From positions 3,494-67,493 of the forward strand of contig DAHXMV010000002.1 of NCBI GenBank assembly GCA_027371535.1: a DNA stretch of 64,000 nucleotides. The letters run 5' to 3'. The stretch's first letter is position 1, and every line of letters starts with the position of its first letter. A program made the translations under genes and the position numbers. This DNA comes from Candidatus Amesbacteria bacterium (GTDB lineage Bacteria; Patescibacteriota; Microgenomatia; CAZETR01; Amesbacteraceae). The notes below the pieces were generated by a model. The model searched no databases and was not told where the DNA came from. It saw only the letters and a program-made list of their open reading frames with translations. Below, in pieces: positions 30,677 to 40,357 of the stretch.

Positions 30677-31189
30677 TTATTTAAAGAGGTAGATGAGTTC
30701 ATATTTTCCATCGGTAGTGTCATAGGTAGCAAAAGAGGCAGGACCGGGTTTACCGGAGATGATACCACTAATGGAACCCGGATTTGCCAGTAAAGTCCGG
30801 CCCAAATGCTCTTCGGATGCCTGATGATTGTGACCGTGGAAAACAGCCTGATGCTGACCCGTTCCTGCCAGTAATCTGGCAATTTTTGGGTAGTGGCAAA
30901 AGGCAATTTTCTGATTGTCCAGGGAGATTTCCCCAAACTCCTCGCTTTTACCCCAAATTTCTACCTGATCCGGTTTAATCTGAGCGTAGATGGCGGATAA
31001 ATCGCCTTCATTGTTGCCAAAAACCAAATATACGTGCAAGCCGGATGCCAAGAGATGGGGAATTACAAACGGGGAAACCAAATCACCGCAAAAAATAAGC
31101 GACTGACAACCTAAATTTTTCACTTTTTCCAAGGCAGCATCCAGGTTATCAATGTGATCGTGAATATCAGAAAGAACAGCGATTTTCAT
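30677..31189 (-). CDS. YfcE/MJ0936-like metallophosphoesterase
   Basis: SDIHD, CGDL, GNNEG, HGHNH, NPGS. Confidence 0.92.
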   Translation of the reverse strand: MKIAVLSDIHDHIDNLDAALEKVKNLGCQSLIFCGDLVSPFVIPHLLASGLHVYLVFGNNEGDLSAIYAQIKPDQVEIWGKSEEFGEISLDNQKIAFCHYPKIARLLAGTGQHQAVFHGHNHQASEEHLGRTLLANPGSISGIISGKPGPASFATYDTTDGKYELIYLFK

Positions 31190-31192
31190 AAA

Positions 31193-32239
31193 TTAATAAG
31201 TCGGAATAAATTGCTTAACATTGTCGATAGTAATATGGAATTCTTTGGCTTTGCCTTCGACCAAAAGTCGGGCCGCCCGACGGACAATGCCTTCAATGGT
31301 CCGTTCAAGAGTCCTGATACCGGCATCAAAACCCAAAGGCCGGGTAATTTTTGGCCAGACAGCGTCGTCAAAAGTAATGACGCCCGGAGGTATTGCGGCT
31401 TTATGAAGTTGGGCCGGAAGAATATATTCGCGAGCGATGTGAATTTTTTCCTCATCAGAATATGACGGCATAAGGATCGGCTCCAAACGGTCCATGACAG
31501 CGGTGCTGATATGGGTAGTATTATTGGCGGTAGCTACAAACAGACATTGAGACAGGTCAAAGGGATAATCAATATAATGGTCAACAAAGGAATTATTTTG
31601 AGCCGGATCTAAAAGTTCCACCAATACACCCATGATCTCACCGCGGGCATTTTCGGACACACGGTCAATTTCATCTAGGAGGATGACCGGATTTTTTACC
31701 CCGCCGCGGCGGATATTTTTAATGATCTGTCCCGGCTCGGCATCACCAAATACCCTGGCCTGACCGCGCAAATCCAGAGCCGAGCTCATGCCGCCGAAGG
31801 GGATTCTGATAAAATGCCGACCCAGTGCTTCGGCGATGCTGGCACTAATTGTGGTTTTACCCGTACCTACCAGACCGACCAGCAATAAAATCGGAGCGCG
31901 GAAACTACTCTGAGGGTTTCTTTTATTTAAAATCATCAAAGAAATATATTCCAGAAACCTGTCTTTTAAGGAATCCAGACCGAAATGGTTTTTATCCATA
32001 ACCTGTTTAACGTGCCCTAAATCCAAGATGTCCTGGGTAGACTGGTACCAAGGCAGACTGGTAATCCAGTTAATATAATGCTGAACCATTTCGAATTCGG
32101 CATTGTAACTGCCATATTTAGCCGCCCGGGCAAGGCGGTCGACCATTTCCTGGGCCTTTACTTTGAGCTCTTCGGGTAATCGGGTTTTATTTATCTGATC
32201 CTGAATGACCTGAATATCTGAGGTTAATTTATCATCCAC
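31193..32239 (-). CDS. Lon-type AAA+ ATPase without N- and protease domains
   Basis: LPW, HFGL..LKDRFLEY, Walker A GLVGTGKT, NPVILLDEIDR, LLDPAQN..F.DHY; ends right after the AAA lid. Confidence 0.9.
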   Translation of the reverse strand: MDDKLTSDIQVIQDQINKTRLPEELKVKAQEMVDRLARAAKYGSYNAEFEMVQHYINWITSLPWYQSTQDILDLGHVKQVMDKNHFGLDSLKDRFLEYISLMILNKRNPQSSFRAPILLLVGLVGTGKTTISASIAEALGRHFIRIPFGGMSSALDLRGQARVFGDAEPGQIIKNIRRGGVKNPVILLDEIDRVSENARGEIMGVLVELLDPAQNNSFVDHYIDYPFDLSQCLFVATANNTTHISTAVMDRLEPILMPSYSDEEKIHIAREYILPAQLHKAAIPPGVITFDDAVWPKITRPLGFDAGIRTLERTIEGIVRRAARLLVEGKAKEFHITIDNVKQFIPTY

Positions 32240-32271
32240 AAGTTTATGATAGCACAGAAGAATAAGGGGCT

Positions 32272-34470
32272 TTAGTAGCGGCGACGGCGGTCTCCCCTAT
32301 CGGGTCTCCTGGGGCCGTGGAAAGGATCCGGGCGGAGATTTCGGGGTCCGGGTTCACGAGGCGGAGTGACTTTGACTACCGGCTGGCCGTTATCATCAAA
32401 CAACATACTTAGGTTAATCCTTCCCTGAGAATCAATTTCAGTAACCCAGACTTTGACTACCTGGCCTTCGGAGACGATTTCGGAAGGATCTGAAACATAG
32501 CCCGTAGCCATCTGAGAAACATGAACCAGACCGTCTTTTCCTGGCAAAATATTCACGAAAGCTCCAAAAGGCTGGATTCTGGCTACAGTACCTTCATAAA
32601 TTTCTCCGGGCATAACTTCCTTACCAAGACCGGCTATCCAATTAATAGCCTTGGCAACTCCTTCGGGATTTGTACCGGATACAAAAACGCTACCGTCGTC
32701 TCTGACGTCAATAGTAGTGTCTGTATCGGCCATTAATTGCTTGATGTTTTTACCTCCGGGTCCGATCAACTCCCCGATTTTGTCGACGGGAATCTGGGTA
32801 GTACTTATCTGAGGGGCATACTGGGATAATTGAGTACGAGGCTGGCTGATAACTTTGTGCATAGCCTTAAGAATTTCTTCCCGGGCTTTTTTAGCCCTGG
32901 TTAAAGTTTCTTTACAAATTTCCATTGTTAATCCCGGAACTTTGACGTCCAGCTGGATAGCAGTTATACCTTTGGCAGTACCGGCTACTTTAAAATCCAT
33001 ATCACCGTGGTGATCTTCCATGCCGACAATATCGGTCAACAAAACAAAACCATCAGTTTTTTGGGGATATTCATCCGGAGTCACCAGACCAGTGGAAATC
33101 CCAGCCACCGGGGCCAAGATCGGCACTCCGGCATCCATTAAGGCTAAGGTGGAACCGCAGGTACTAGCCATGCTGCTGCTGCCATTGCTACTCATAATTT
33201 CGGATACCACACGAATGGCATAAGGAAAATCCTGCTCTGACGGAATAACCGGCAGCAAGCCTTTTTCAGCTAATGCACCATGGCCGATCTCGCGGCGGCT
33301 GGGAGTACCTAATCTACCGGTTTCACCAGTAGCAAACGGAGGAAAGTTATAATGGTGCATATATCGCTTGGTGTCTTCTCCTTCTGCAGACTCCAAAGAT
33401 TGGGATAAAGAAGGGGCACCTAAAGTGGCCACGGTGAGGGCTTGGGTCTGTCCGCGCTCAAAAATGGCCGAGCCGTGAACCCGGGGGAGAACCCCGACTT
33501 CGATATGCAAAGGCCTGATTTCATCTATTTTGCGGCCGTCCGGACGCTGACCTTTTTCCAAAATCGCTTGCCGGATAGTGTCATGCATGAGATCTTCTAC
33601 GATAGGGCTGACAAATGGCTGATCTTTTTCGTCAACACCCTGTGAAAGTTTATCTAACATTTCTGCCATATCGACACCTTCTTTGGTGGCGCTTTGGGCG
33701 ATATAGTCAGCAATCAGGTCTTTGGCTTTGACTTTAAGCTCTTTAACCAGGTCAGAAGGAGGAACTACCGGGATAGCTGCAACTTTGGAAACGCCGACCT
33801 CGGCGACGAGTTCATTAATCAGGGCAATGACCTTTTTATTTTCGTTCAAGCCCATTTCCATGCCCTGAAGCATGACGTCTTCGGGAATTTGTTTCCCGCC
33901 AGCCTCAAGCATCATGATCAATTTATCGGTGCTGGAAACTACCAGATCCAGATCTACACCGGCCTTGTGCCCATTCTTGGGATTAACTTCCAACTGACCG
34001 TCAACCAGGCCAACTCTGGTAGTGGACAGCGGCCCATTCCAGGGAACCGGGGAAATTGCCAAGGCTGCAGAAGCGGCAATGGAACCCAAAATATCCGGGT
34101 CGTTATCCATATCGATGGACAAAACCATAATGACTATCTGGACTTCCCGTTTATATGCATTAGGAAATAAGGGCCGGACCGATCTGTCAATAAGTCTGGC
34201 TGACAAGGTTTCCGCATCAGTAGCCCGACCTTCTCTTTTAACCCACCTGGAACCCTTAATACGGCCTCCGGAATACAGTCTTTCCTGATAATCAATTGAC
34301 AGGGGGAAATAATCCTTGCCGTGATCTTCTGAACCAAGAGTAACAGCAGCCAAAACCATTGTATCGCCATAGCGGGCCAAGATGCCGGAGTCTGCCTGTT
34401 TGGCAAAACGGCCAACCTCGAGTGACAAAGTCCGTCCGGCAACTTCGGTTGATTTAGTAATGATTTTCAT
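32272..34470 (-). CDS. pnp: Polyribonucleotide nucleotidyltransferase
   Basis: RREIGHGALAE, SNGSSSMAS, GDMDFKVAGT, KH and S1 domains. Confidence 0.98.
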   Translation of the reverse strand: MKIITKSTEVAGRTLSLEVGRFAKQADSGILARYGDTMVLAAVTLGSEDHGKDYFPLSIDYQERLYSGGRIKGSRWVKREGRATDAETLSARLIDRSVRPLFPNAYKREVQIVIMVLSIDMDNDPDILGSIAASAALAISPVPWNGPLSTTRVGLVDGQLEVNPKNGHKAGVDLDLVVSSTDKLIMMLEAGGKQIPEDVMLQGMEMGLNENKKVIALINELVAEVGVSKVAAIPVVPPSDLVKELKVKAKDLIADYIAQSATKEGVDMAEMLDKLSQGVDEKDQPFVSPIVEDLMHDTIRQAILEKGQRPDGRKIDEIRPLHIEVGVLPRVHGSAIFERGQTQALTVATLGAPSLSQSLESAEGEDTKRYMHHYNFPPFATGETGRLGTPSRREIGHGALAEKGLLPVIPSEQDFPYAIRVVSEIMSSNGSSSMASTCGSTLALMDAGVPILAPVAGISTGLVTPDEYPQKTDGFVLLTDIVGMEDHHGDMDFKVAGTAKGITAIQLDVKVPGLTMEICKETLTRAKKAREEILKAMHKVISQPRTQLSQYAPQISTTQIPVDKIGELIGPGGKNIKQLMADTDTTIDVRDDGSVFVSGTNPEGVAKAINWIAGLGKEVMPGEIYEGTVARIQPFGAFVNILPGKDGLVHVSQMATGYVSDPSEIVSEGQVVKVWVTEIDSQGRINLSMLFDDNGQPVVKVTPPREPGPRNLRPDPFHGPRRPDRGDRRRRY

Positions 34471-34560
34471 TGTGAAAAGTTCCAGAAGCAAATTTCTTAA
34501 GTTCTTTAATAGTTCTTAGAAGCTTCTTTTTATGCTTGTGGTATTTTAATTTATTTTAAA

Positions 34561-34830
34561 TTATTTGGAAAGGCCGAGTTTTTTAGATACATCCTTAAAC
34601 CGATCGGCATCTTTTTTCTGTAAATACGTCAGCAGCCGGCGACGCTTGGAAACCATGCTGATCAGACCCCGGCGGCTATGATTGTCTTTTTTGTGGACTT
34701 TCAAGTGCTCCGACAGCTTATTGATTTTTTCTGACAACAGGGCAATCTGAACTTCCGGACTGCCGGTATCACCCTTACCCTGGGCATACTTTTTGATGAT
34801 TTCTTTTTTAGCGGTGATATCTAGAGACAT
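34561..34830 (-). CDS. rpsO: 30S ribosomal protein S15
   Basis: [23 protein letters not shown]. Confidence 0.99.
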   Translation of the reverse strand: MSLDITAKKEIIKKYAQGKGDTGSPEVQIALLSEKINKLSEHLKVHKKDNHSRRGLISMVSKRRRLLTYLQKKDADRFKDVSKKLGLSK

Positions 34831-34930
34831 ATTTTTAGCATTAAAAATTTCAGAGATAAGGCGGTATTTGCGAGAGAAGAAAACCTTCCAAGCAACCGTT
34901 AATGTCTCCGAAGAGATTTATATTATAACA
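34831..34930 (-). promoter_or_regulatory. rpsO promoter and about 90-nt leader with UUCG hairpin
   Basis: TGtTATAAT, then TCTC-TTCG-GAGA hairpin. Confidence 0.6.
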
Positions 34931-34934
34931 CAAA

Positions 34935-35144
34935 TTAACCGGTCCGGCGTTCTTTATCCAGACATTTAAGGATCTTTGCACGGATATTATGAATCTTTAT
35001 TTTGAGGTACTCTGTCAATCCCAACTGAAAAAGCCCCAGAGGTTCTGAAACGTTTTCAGGCGAATCAAGCTCGACAGGTAAATCTTCCGCTGTGAAATTT
35101 CTGGAAGTAAAACGATCGTAACGATCGTGAGGTTTTTCATTCAT
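34935..35144 (-). CDS. Small hypothetical protein
   Basis: 69-aa ORF 3 nt downstream of the DHH-like gene. Confidence 0.5.
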   Translation of the reverse strand: MNEKPHDRYDRFTSRNFTAEDLPVELDSPENVSEPLGLFQLGLTEYLKIKIHNIRAKILKCLDKERRTG

Positions 35145-35147
35145 TTT

Positions 35148-36101
35148 TTATTGAAGCATGGGGCCTTTGTAGATTTTGGGTTCATACCAATCGGCAGGGG
35201 CGGTTTTTTTATCCTTGGTTTTTTTAGGTTCAGGCTGGAAGGTACTATCCGTACCATAACCGGTTTGACTGGCGGGTTTGGGAGGAGCCGGGGGCGGGAC
35301 GTCTGCGGGAACCGGGGGAGGTTGAGAAGCAGTGGGAATGGAACCAACCGGAAAATCACCTGCAGAAAGCGGTTGGTGACGCCTGGCACCTTTGCGCATT
35401 AAGACAGCGGCGGCTTCAAAAGTGGAAACGGAAACCAGAGCAGACTGAAAATTCCCGGTGGCTTTTTCCAATCCGGCAAACAGATTGGAGGCTGAATCGC
35501 CGTCAAGAGGCAGTCCCAGAGAATCTATCAGATGGGTGACCAACTCGCTTAAAGAAGAACTGTCGGTATCGTGGAACTGATGCAGAGTGTAGTTTTCCCC
35601 GGGAGTTTCGTGAGAGATAGAAACCAAGGTAGTATTCTGAAAATGTTCATTAGCATCGGTATAAATCTGACCCAATTCGGACAACTGATTAACATGCAAA
35701 AGGACCATCAAATCTGTCTTGGCGCTGCCAGAGATAAACTTAAGTTTTTGATGATCCAGTTCCGGAGAATCACTTTTTGGAGAAATAACCAGCTGTAACT
35801 CACCATTTTCCAGTTTATAACTGACTTTATCCACATGTTCAGTCTGTTCAGGAAAAGAAATAATCAGGTTACGGCTGCCGAAAACCGAAGAAACCGTATC
35901 GACACCCACCAAGCGGTTAAATTCCACCAACATGGGATCCGGACAAACGACTCTGACAGTCTTGCCGGTTGATTCCAAAGCCATTTTCAAGCCGAGGGCG
36001 GCAGCAACATCGTCGAAATTCGGCTGGCTTTTAATCAGGAGACTTATATGGCGGGCGGGGTCCAAAAGTGTCCTCAAATATGAGGTATCCAATCTTGACA
36101 T
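35148..36101 (-). CDS. Degenerate DHH/NrnA-like protein
   Basis: PNFDDVAAALGL, VSISHE in place of IDHH, SSLSELV, LFAGL..ATGNF; located after infB. Confidence 0.75.
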   Translation of the reverse strand: MSRLDTSYLRTLLDPARHISLLIKSQPNFDDVAAALGLKMALESTGKTVRVVCPDPMLVEFNRLVGVDTVSSVFGSRNLIISFPEQTEHVDKVSYKLENGELQLVISPKSDSPELDHQKLKFISGSAKTDLMVLLHVNQLSELGQIYTDANEHFQNTTLVSISHETPGENYTLHQFHDTDSSSLSELVTHLIDSLGLPLDGDSASNLFAGLEKATGNFQSALVSVSTFEAAAVLMRKGARRHQPLSAGDFPVGSIPTASQPPPVPADVPPPAPPKPASQTGYGTDSTFQPEPKKTKDKKTAPADWYEPKIYKGPMLQ

Positions 36102-36102
36102 G

Positions 36103-37488
36103 TTAACCTATAGTCGCAATTATAGCGTCGCCGACTTTAAAGTCAACTGACGGAGATAAAACCAACCCGAATTCAGATCCCAGTTTGATATGATCAACCG
36201 GAGACTTGCCCAACCGGAGGGATTTGATACGGGATTCACCTATAAGTTTTTCACCCCGGGTAATTTTGACACGGGCGGATTTATCCAGCTGACCGGCAGT
36301 ACATTTACAACCCGCAACCCGCTCGGCGTTATTTTTAAACTCAGCCAAAACCTGAGCCTGGCCAACTACCGTTTCCATAGTCTTTGGAAGCAACAATTCG
36401 TCAACATATTCATATAGCTCATAAATGATAGAGAATGTTTTTACACGAACTTTTTCGGTTTGGGCAAGTTTGGCAATGCTGCCGGAAATTTTAAGATTAA
36501 ACCCCAAAATACCGGCACCGGAGGTGTGAGCTAACAAAATATCGTTCTCGATGATATCACCGGTCCCGGAAGAAATTACATTGACTTTATCCCGAATGCC
36601 TCCCAGTACAGCTTCCAATGATCCGGCGACGTCGGCTTTGACAATTAAATTCGGGAGGCTATCTGAAGTGGCAGCCAGTAATTGAGAACCGGATTTGACT
36701 ATCTGATTTACCGGCCGGTCAGAAACAGCTGACCCAACGTCTATAATTCTGTTTAAACCCAGGATTTCCGCGGGAGCAGAGGGACCAGCCAATTTGATTT
36801 GGAGACCGTCGGAATCGGTTAAAGCCTTTACCCGGCCCAAAGACGAATCCTGAAACAATTCCTGACCCACCCGGAGGGTACCGTTTTTGACCACTACGGT
36901 GGCCAATGGACCTTTCCTGGAATCCAAGCGACTTTCCAACACCATCAGATCCAGTTGCCCGCCGGAGTCAACCTGTGGCGGATTAAGACTGGCAACCAGG
37001 TTAATCATTTCCAGAAGTTCGGGCAGATTTTTTCCCGTCTTGGCGGAAACCGGTAAACAGGGAACTTCCCCGCCAAAATCTTCCACTATCACGTTCTCTT
37101 CGGTAAGTTGAGTTTTAACCCGGTCAGGATCAGCTGCGGAGAGATCGGATTTATTGAGAGCGACGATAAACGGCAGATGTGAGGCCTTAATAAACTCGAT
37201 GGACTGGCGGGTTTGGGGCTGGACACCATCATCGGCAGCGACCACCAAAACAGCAAGATCAGCGATCTGGCTGCCACGTTTGCGCATCCGGTCAAAGGCG
37301 GCATGACCCGGAGTATCAATAAAAGTCATCGGGCCATAGTCTTTAGTCAAAAGCTGAAAAGGGCGGATACTTTGGGTAATACCACCGGCCTCACGGGCGG
37401 CAACAGAAGTATGCCGCAGATAATCCAACAGGGTAGTTTTACCATGGTCAACGTGGCCCAAGATGACAATAATGGGAGGACGGTTCAT
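36103..37488 (-). CDS. infB: Translation initiation factor IF-2, lacking the N-terminal domain
   Basis: [37 protein letters not shown]. Confidence 0.97.
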   Translation of the reverse strand: MNRPPIIVILGHVDHGKTTLLDYLRHTSVAAREAGGITQSIRPFQLLTKDYGPMTFIDTPGHAAFDRMRKRGSQIADLAVLVVAADDGVQPQTRQSIEFIKASHLPFIVALNKSDLSAADPDRVKTQLTEENVIVEDFGGEVPCLPVSAKTGKNLPELLEMINLVASLNPPQVDSGGQLDLMVLESRLDSRKGPLATVVVKNGTLRVGQELFQDSSLGRVKALTDSDGLQIKLAGPSAPAEILGLNRIIDVGSAVSDRPVNQIVKSGSQLLAATSDSLPNLIVKADVAGSLEAVLGGIRDKVNVISSGTGDIIENDILLAHTSGAGILGFNLKISGSIAKLAQTEKVRVKTFSIIYELYEYVDELLLPKTMETVVGQAQVLAEFKNNAERVAGCKCTAGQLDKSARVKITRGEKLIGESRIKSLRLGKSPVDHIKLGSEFGLVLSPSVDFKVGDAIIATIG

Positions 37489-37499
37489 AATTTAATTTC

Positions 37500-37534
37500 A
37501 AATCACAGATAACAGATCACAAATTACAAATACC
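37500..37534. repeat. Degenerate 7-mer tandem repeat
   Basis: aaatcac agataac agatcac aaattac aaatacc. Confidence 0.85.
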
Positions 37535-37560
37535 GGAGAAGAAAAATACCAGACATAAAA

Positions 37561-38649
37561 TCAGGTTTGGTTTTGATCATCGGAACTTGTAATTTGATCG
37601 GCGGATTCGGCTTCCTTGTTCTCGGGTGTGCCTTTTTCGGGCACAATGTCGATATGAAAACCGGTAAGTTTGCCGGCCAATTTGGCATTCTGACCATCAC
37701 GGCCGATAGCCAGAGGCAACTGATCAGGGGTGATGGTCACGGTGGCAGTCTGGTTTTTAACGTTGATTCTGACCTGCATATCGGCAGCCGGGGCCAGGGC
37801 AGCGGAGATAAATTTATCCGGCTCCTCACTATATTGGACAATGTCGATTTTTTCGCCGTTTAATTCCCCGATGACAGCCTGAACACGGACCCCTTTCTGA
37901 CCGACACAAGAACCGACCGGGTCCACCCCAGACTGTTTTGAATAGACGGCAATTTTGGTACGGGATCCCGGATCACGGGCAATAACTTTGATTTCAACCG
38001 CCCCGGAATTGACTTCGGGAACTTCGCGCCTGAAGAGTTCCTGGATAAATTTATTGTCGGCGCGGGAAACCACGACTTCCTTGCCCCGCAGACCATCACG
38101 GATGCTCTGGAGTAAAAAGGTGAGCCGCTGATTTAAATGATAATTTTCGGTATGAATCTGTTCCGAAGGAGGTAAAACCGCCTCAGCCTTGCCGACATCC
38201 ACAATGATATCCTGACCTACAAAACGGATGATCATACCGCTGACCAGAGTTCCCATACGCTTTTCATATTCGGCGACGATAACGGACTTTTCGGCTTCAC
38301 GAATTTTCTGGAGAATGACCTGCTTGGCTGTCTGAGCGGCAATCCGGCCAAAACCGGGGGGGGTAATCTCGATTCTTTTGGCATCAGGCAAGGGCTTTAC
38401 CTTTGTAATACCGTCTATTTCGTAAACCTCACCCGCGGTTTCAAAAACTTTGGCTTCTCCCGTGCCCGGATCCAATTCGACATCATAAACATAATCTTCC
38501 TTGTATGACTGGGGGTAATCTTTTTTAAAAGCCGCCACAATAGCCTGCTTGATAGTGTCTATAACTATGGCAGGGTCAATATTGCGCTCATGCGCTACCT
38601 GAGCAAGAGCGGCAGAAAATTCTGATCTGGTAACCGGTGCTTTACGCAT
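37561..38649 (-). CDS. nusA: Transcription factor NusA
   Basis: FGRIAAQTAKQVI.QKIRE, S1 and KH domains (DPVGSCVGQKG, AIGRDGQN). Confidence 0.98.
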   Translation of the reverse strand: MRKAPVTRSEFSAALAQVAHERNIDPAIVIDTIKQAIVAAFKKDYPQSYKEDYVYDVELDPGTGEAKVFETAGEVYEIDGITKVKPLPDAKRIEITPPGFGRIAAQTAKQVILQKIREAEKSVIVAEYEKRMGTLVSGMIIRFVGQDIIVDVGKAEAVLPPSEQIHTENYHLNQRLTFLLQSIRDGLRGKEVVVSRADNKFIQELFRREVPEVNSGAVEIKVIARDPGSRTKIAVYSKQSGVDPVGSCVGQKGVRVQAVIGELNGEKIDIVQYSEEPDKFISAALAPAADMQVRINVKNQTATVTITPDQLPLAIGRDGQNAKLAGKLTGFHIDIVPEKGTPENKEAESADQITSSDDQNQT

Positions 38650-38662
38650 ATTATTTTGGTAA

Positions 38663-38723
38663 AGTCAAAAAAAGGCGGGAATCTTCCCACCTCTTTTGTG
38701 ACTAACCCGTATTAATTATATCA
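38663..38723 (-). promoter_or_regulatory. nusA promoter with rimP-leader-like terminator hairpin
   Basis: TGaTATAAT, then AAAAGAGGTGGGAA-GAT-TCCCGCCTTTTTTT. Confidence 0.7.
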
Positions 38724-38764
38724 GGATATCGGGAAATCCTCCAGCAGAAGCAGGTAGATTCAAA

Positions 38765-40324
38765 CTATTGTGTGGTAAAAATGACTGTTCCGAGGAAATT
38801 TTCAGGCAACCCCAGATCCCGACCTTTAAATATTATCAGAGTCTGATACTGGGCCAAATAAAACATTTTTGTATTTACCAAAGTCCCCTGGCTATTAAAT
38901 ATTGCAGCTTTTAAATTAAGGCTGCCTGCCGGGTTAAATAAATTAAAGGCACTGGAGGTTAACAGATTATTGTCCGTGAGAATCCCGTAAAATTCATTTC
39001 CTTTCCAGGAATCTGAAAAACCTGAATCCCCCATAATAAACTTAACAGAACTATTATTGGCCGGGTATGCGGCTGAATTTTCCAAAGCAGATATTTTCTG
39101 TAACGAGCCAGAAGCGCAAACTTTCAGGGAAAAGATTTTTCCTTGAAAAGCTTGGGCGAAACCATTCTGTAGGGGGGTCCCCAAATAATGTTTTTTAGAC
39201 TCACCAAAATCCAACGAAGTCAAACCTGTTGGATTACCAAAAATGCTATTGGGACTGGTCGTTGAATTTAAAGTGTAGCCAGAATAGGGGTTGACCCGGT
39301 TGTCGTAAAAGACAATCTGATATTGATTTGGTCCTTCGATATCGACGGGGTAGTTTCTTTGAATGTTTTGGATGGTGAATCCGGTAATTACACCATAGGC
39401 GTTATAAAAAACCGGCATTATTACCGAACACTGTGAAGTTTCAGTATCAGTGACGCCGGCGTATGACATAGTATCAAAATTAGTTAAAGTGGCCTGATAC
39501 GTACTTACCAGTTCACCAGGGCCTGCGAAAGAGCCGCCACGCCAGACGACTTCAGCTGTAAGTGTCCCAGCGTAACTTTGACCTATAACACTAGGGGCAT
39601 AAATATTGAGTGAAGTTTTAGGGGGAATATATATATCGGTGTTATTATTGATTAATAAAGGTGACAGCGAGGTTGTTTTATAATCATTCTTGAGATAAAT
39701 TCTAACTTTGATCGGATAATCCGCAATGTTCATAATTGAATGTCCAGTGTTGTAAACGTCATTCTTTCCGTCATTACTGGCGTAATTCACATAAAACTTG
39801 CTATTGGCGACTATGGTCCCAGCCAATTTGGCAGGTATCAGATGGAGGGCAGAAATATCGTTTGTACCCCGGCTGGTGGTCATATAACCGGCAATTGGTA
39901 AGGAGGCGGAGACTTCGACGGCATAATTGGTCGACGCAGCCAAGCCCGAGCCTGAAATTTTGGCAGTTTGGTGCGGGTTAAGTGTCTGGGTTGCGGAGGT
40001 TAATGGTTGACCATTAAACTTAGCTGTGACAGTTACGCTTTGGCTGTTAGGGTTAAACAAATAAATGGTGCTTTGATAACCGCTATAGTTGGAAACAAAC
40101 TGCGGGGCGTATAGCCTGGTATCCACCAGTTGGGAGGACAAGACTTTGGCCTGGCCGGATCCGGCCGATTGATTATTTATTTCTGCGACATAAAAACCGG
40201 AATAGTCTGCGTGAGATAATAAATATAAATGTTTGACGTACCTGAAAGCCCAGACTCCGGAAAATAATACCAAAATGACTACAAATAGGGAAATAAACTC
40301 CCTTAAAATAACATGAGATTTCAT
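38765..40324 (-). CDS. Membrane-anchored surface protein with about four beta-rich repeats
   Basis: N-terminal TM; recurring (S/T)x(I/F/H)x(L/I)xN(P/I) modules; S/T/N-rich. Confidence 0.75.
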   Translation of the reverse strand: MKSHVILREFISLFVVILVLFSGVWAFRYVKHLYLLSHADYSGFYVAEINNQSAGSGQAKVLSSQLVDTRLYAPQFVSNYSGYQSTIYLFNPNSQSVTVTAKFNGQPLTSATQTLNPHQTAKISGSGLAASTNYAVEVSASLPIAGYMTTSRGTNDISALHLIPAKLAGTIVANSKFYVNYASNDGKNDVYNTGHSIMNIADYPIKVRIYLKNDYKTTSLSPLLINNNTDIYIPPKTSLNIYAPSVIGQSYAGTLTAEVVWRGGSFAGPGELVSTYQATLTNFDTMSYAGVTDTETSQCSVIMPVFYNAYGVITGFTIQNIQRNYPVDIEGPNQYQIVFYDNRVNPYSGYTLNSTTSPNSIFGNPTGLTSLDFGESKKHYLGTPLQNGFAQAFQGKIFSLKVCASGSLQKISALENSAAYPANNSSVKFIMGDSGFSDSWKGNEFYGILTDNNLLTSSAFNLFNPAGSLNLKAAIFNSQGTLVNTKMFYLAQYQTLIIFKGRDLGLPENFLGTVIFTTQ

Positions 40325-40357
40325 TTAGATAATACTAAATTTTAAATTATACGTTTG

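Noticed and set aside
37500-37534. Microrepeat arrays as CRISPR remnants
   Set aside because: Units are 7-9 bp, contiguous, with no spacers and no cas genes
38765-38830. LPENF near the surface protein C-terminus as a sortase signal
   Set aside because: Not LPxTG, and no following TM or basic tail
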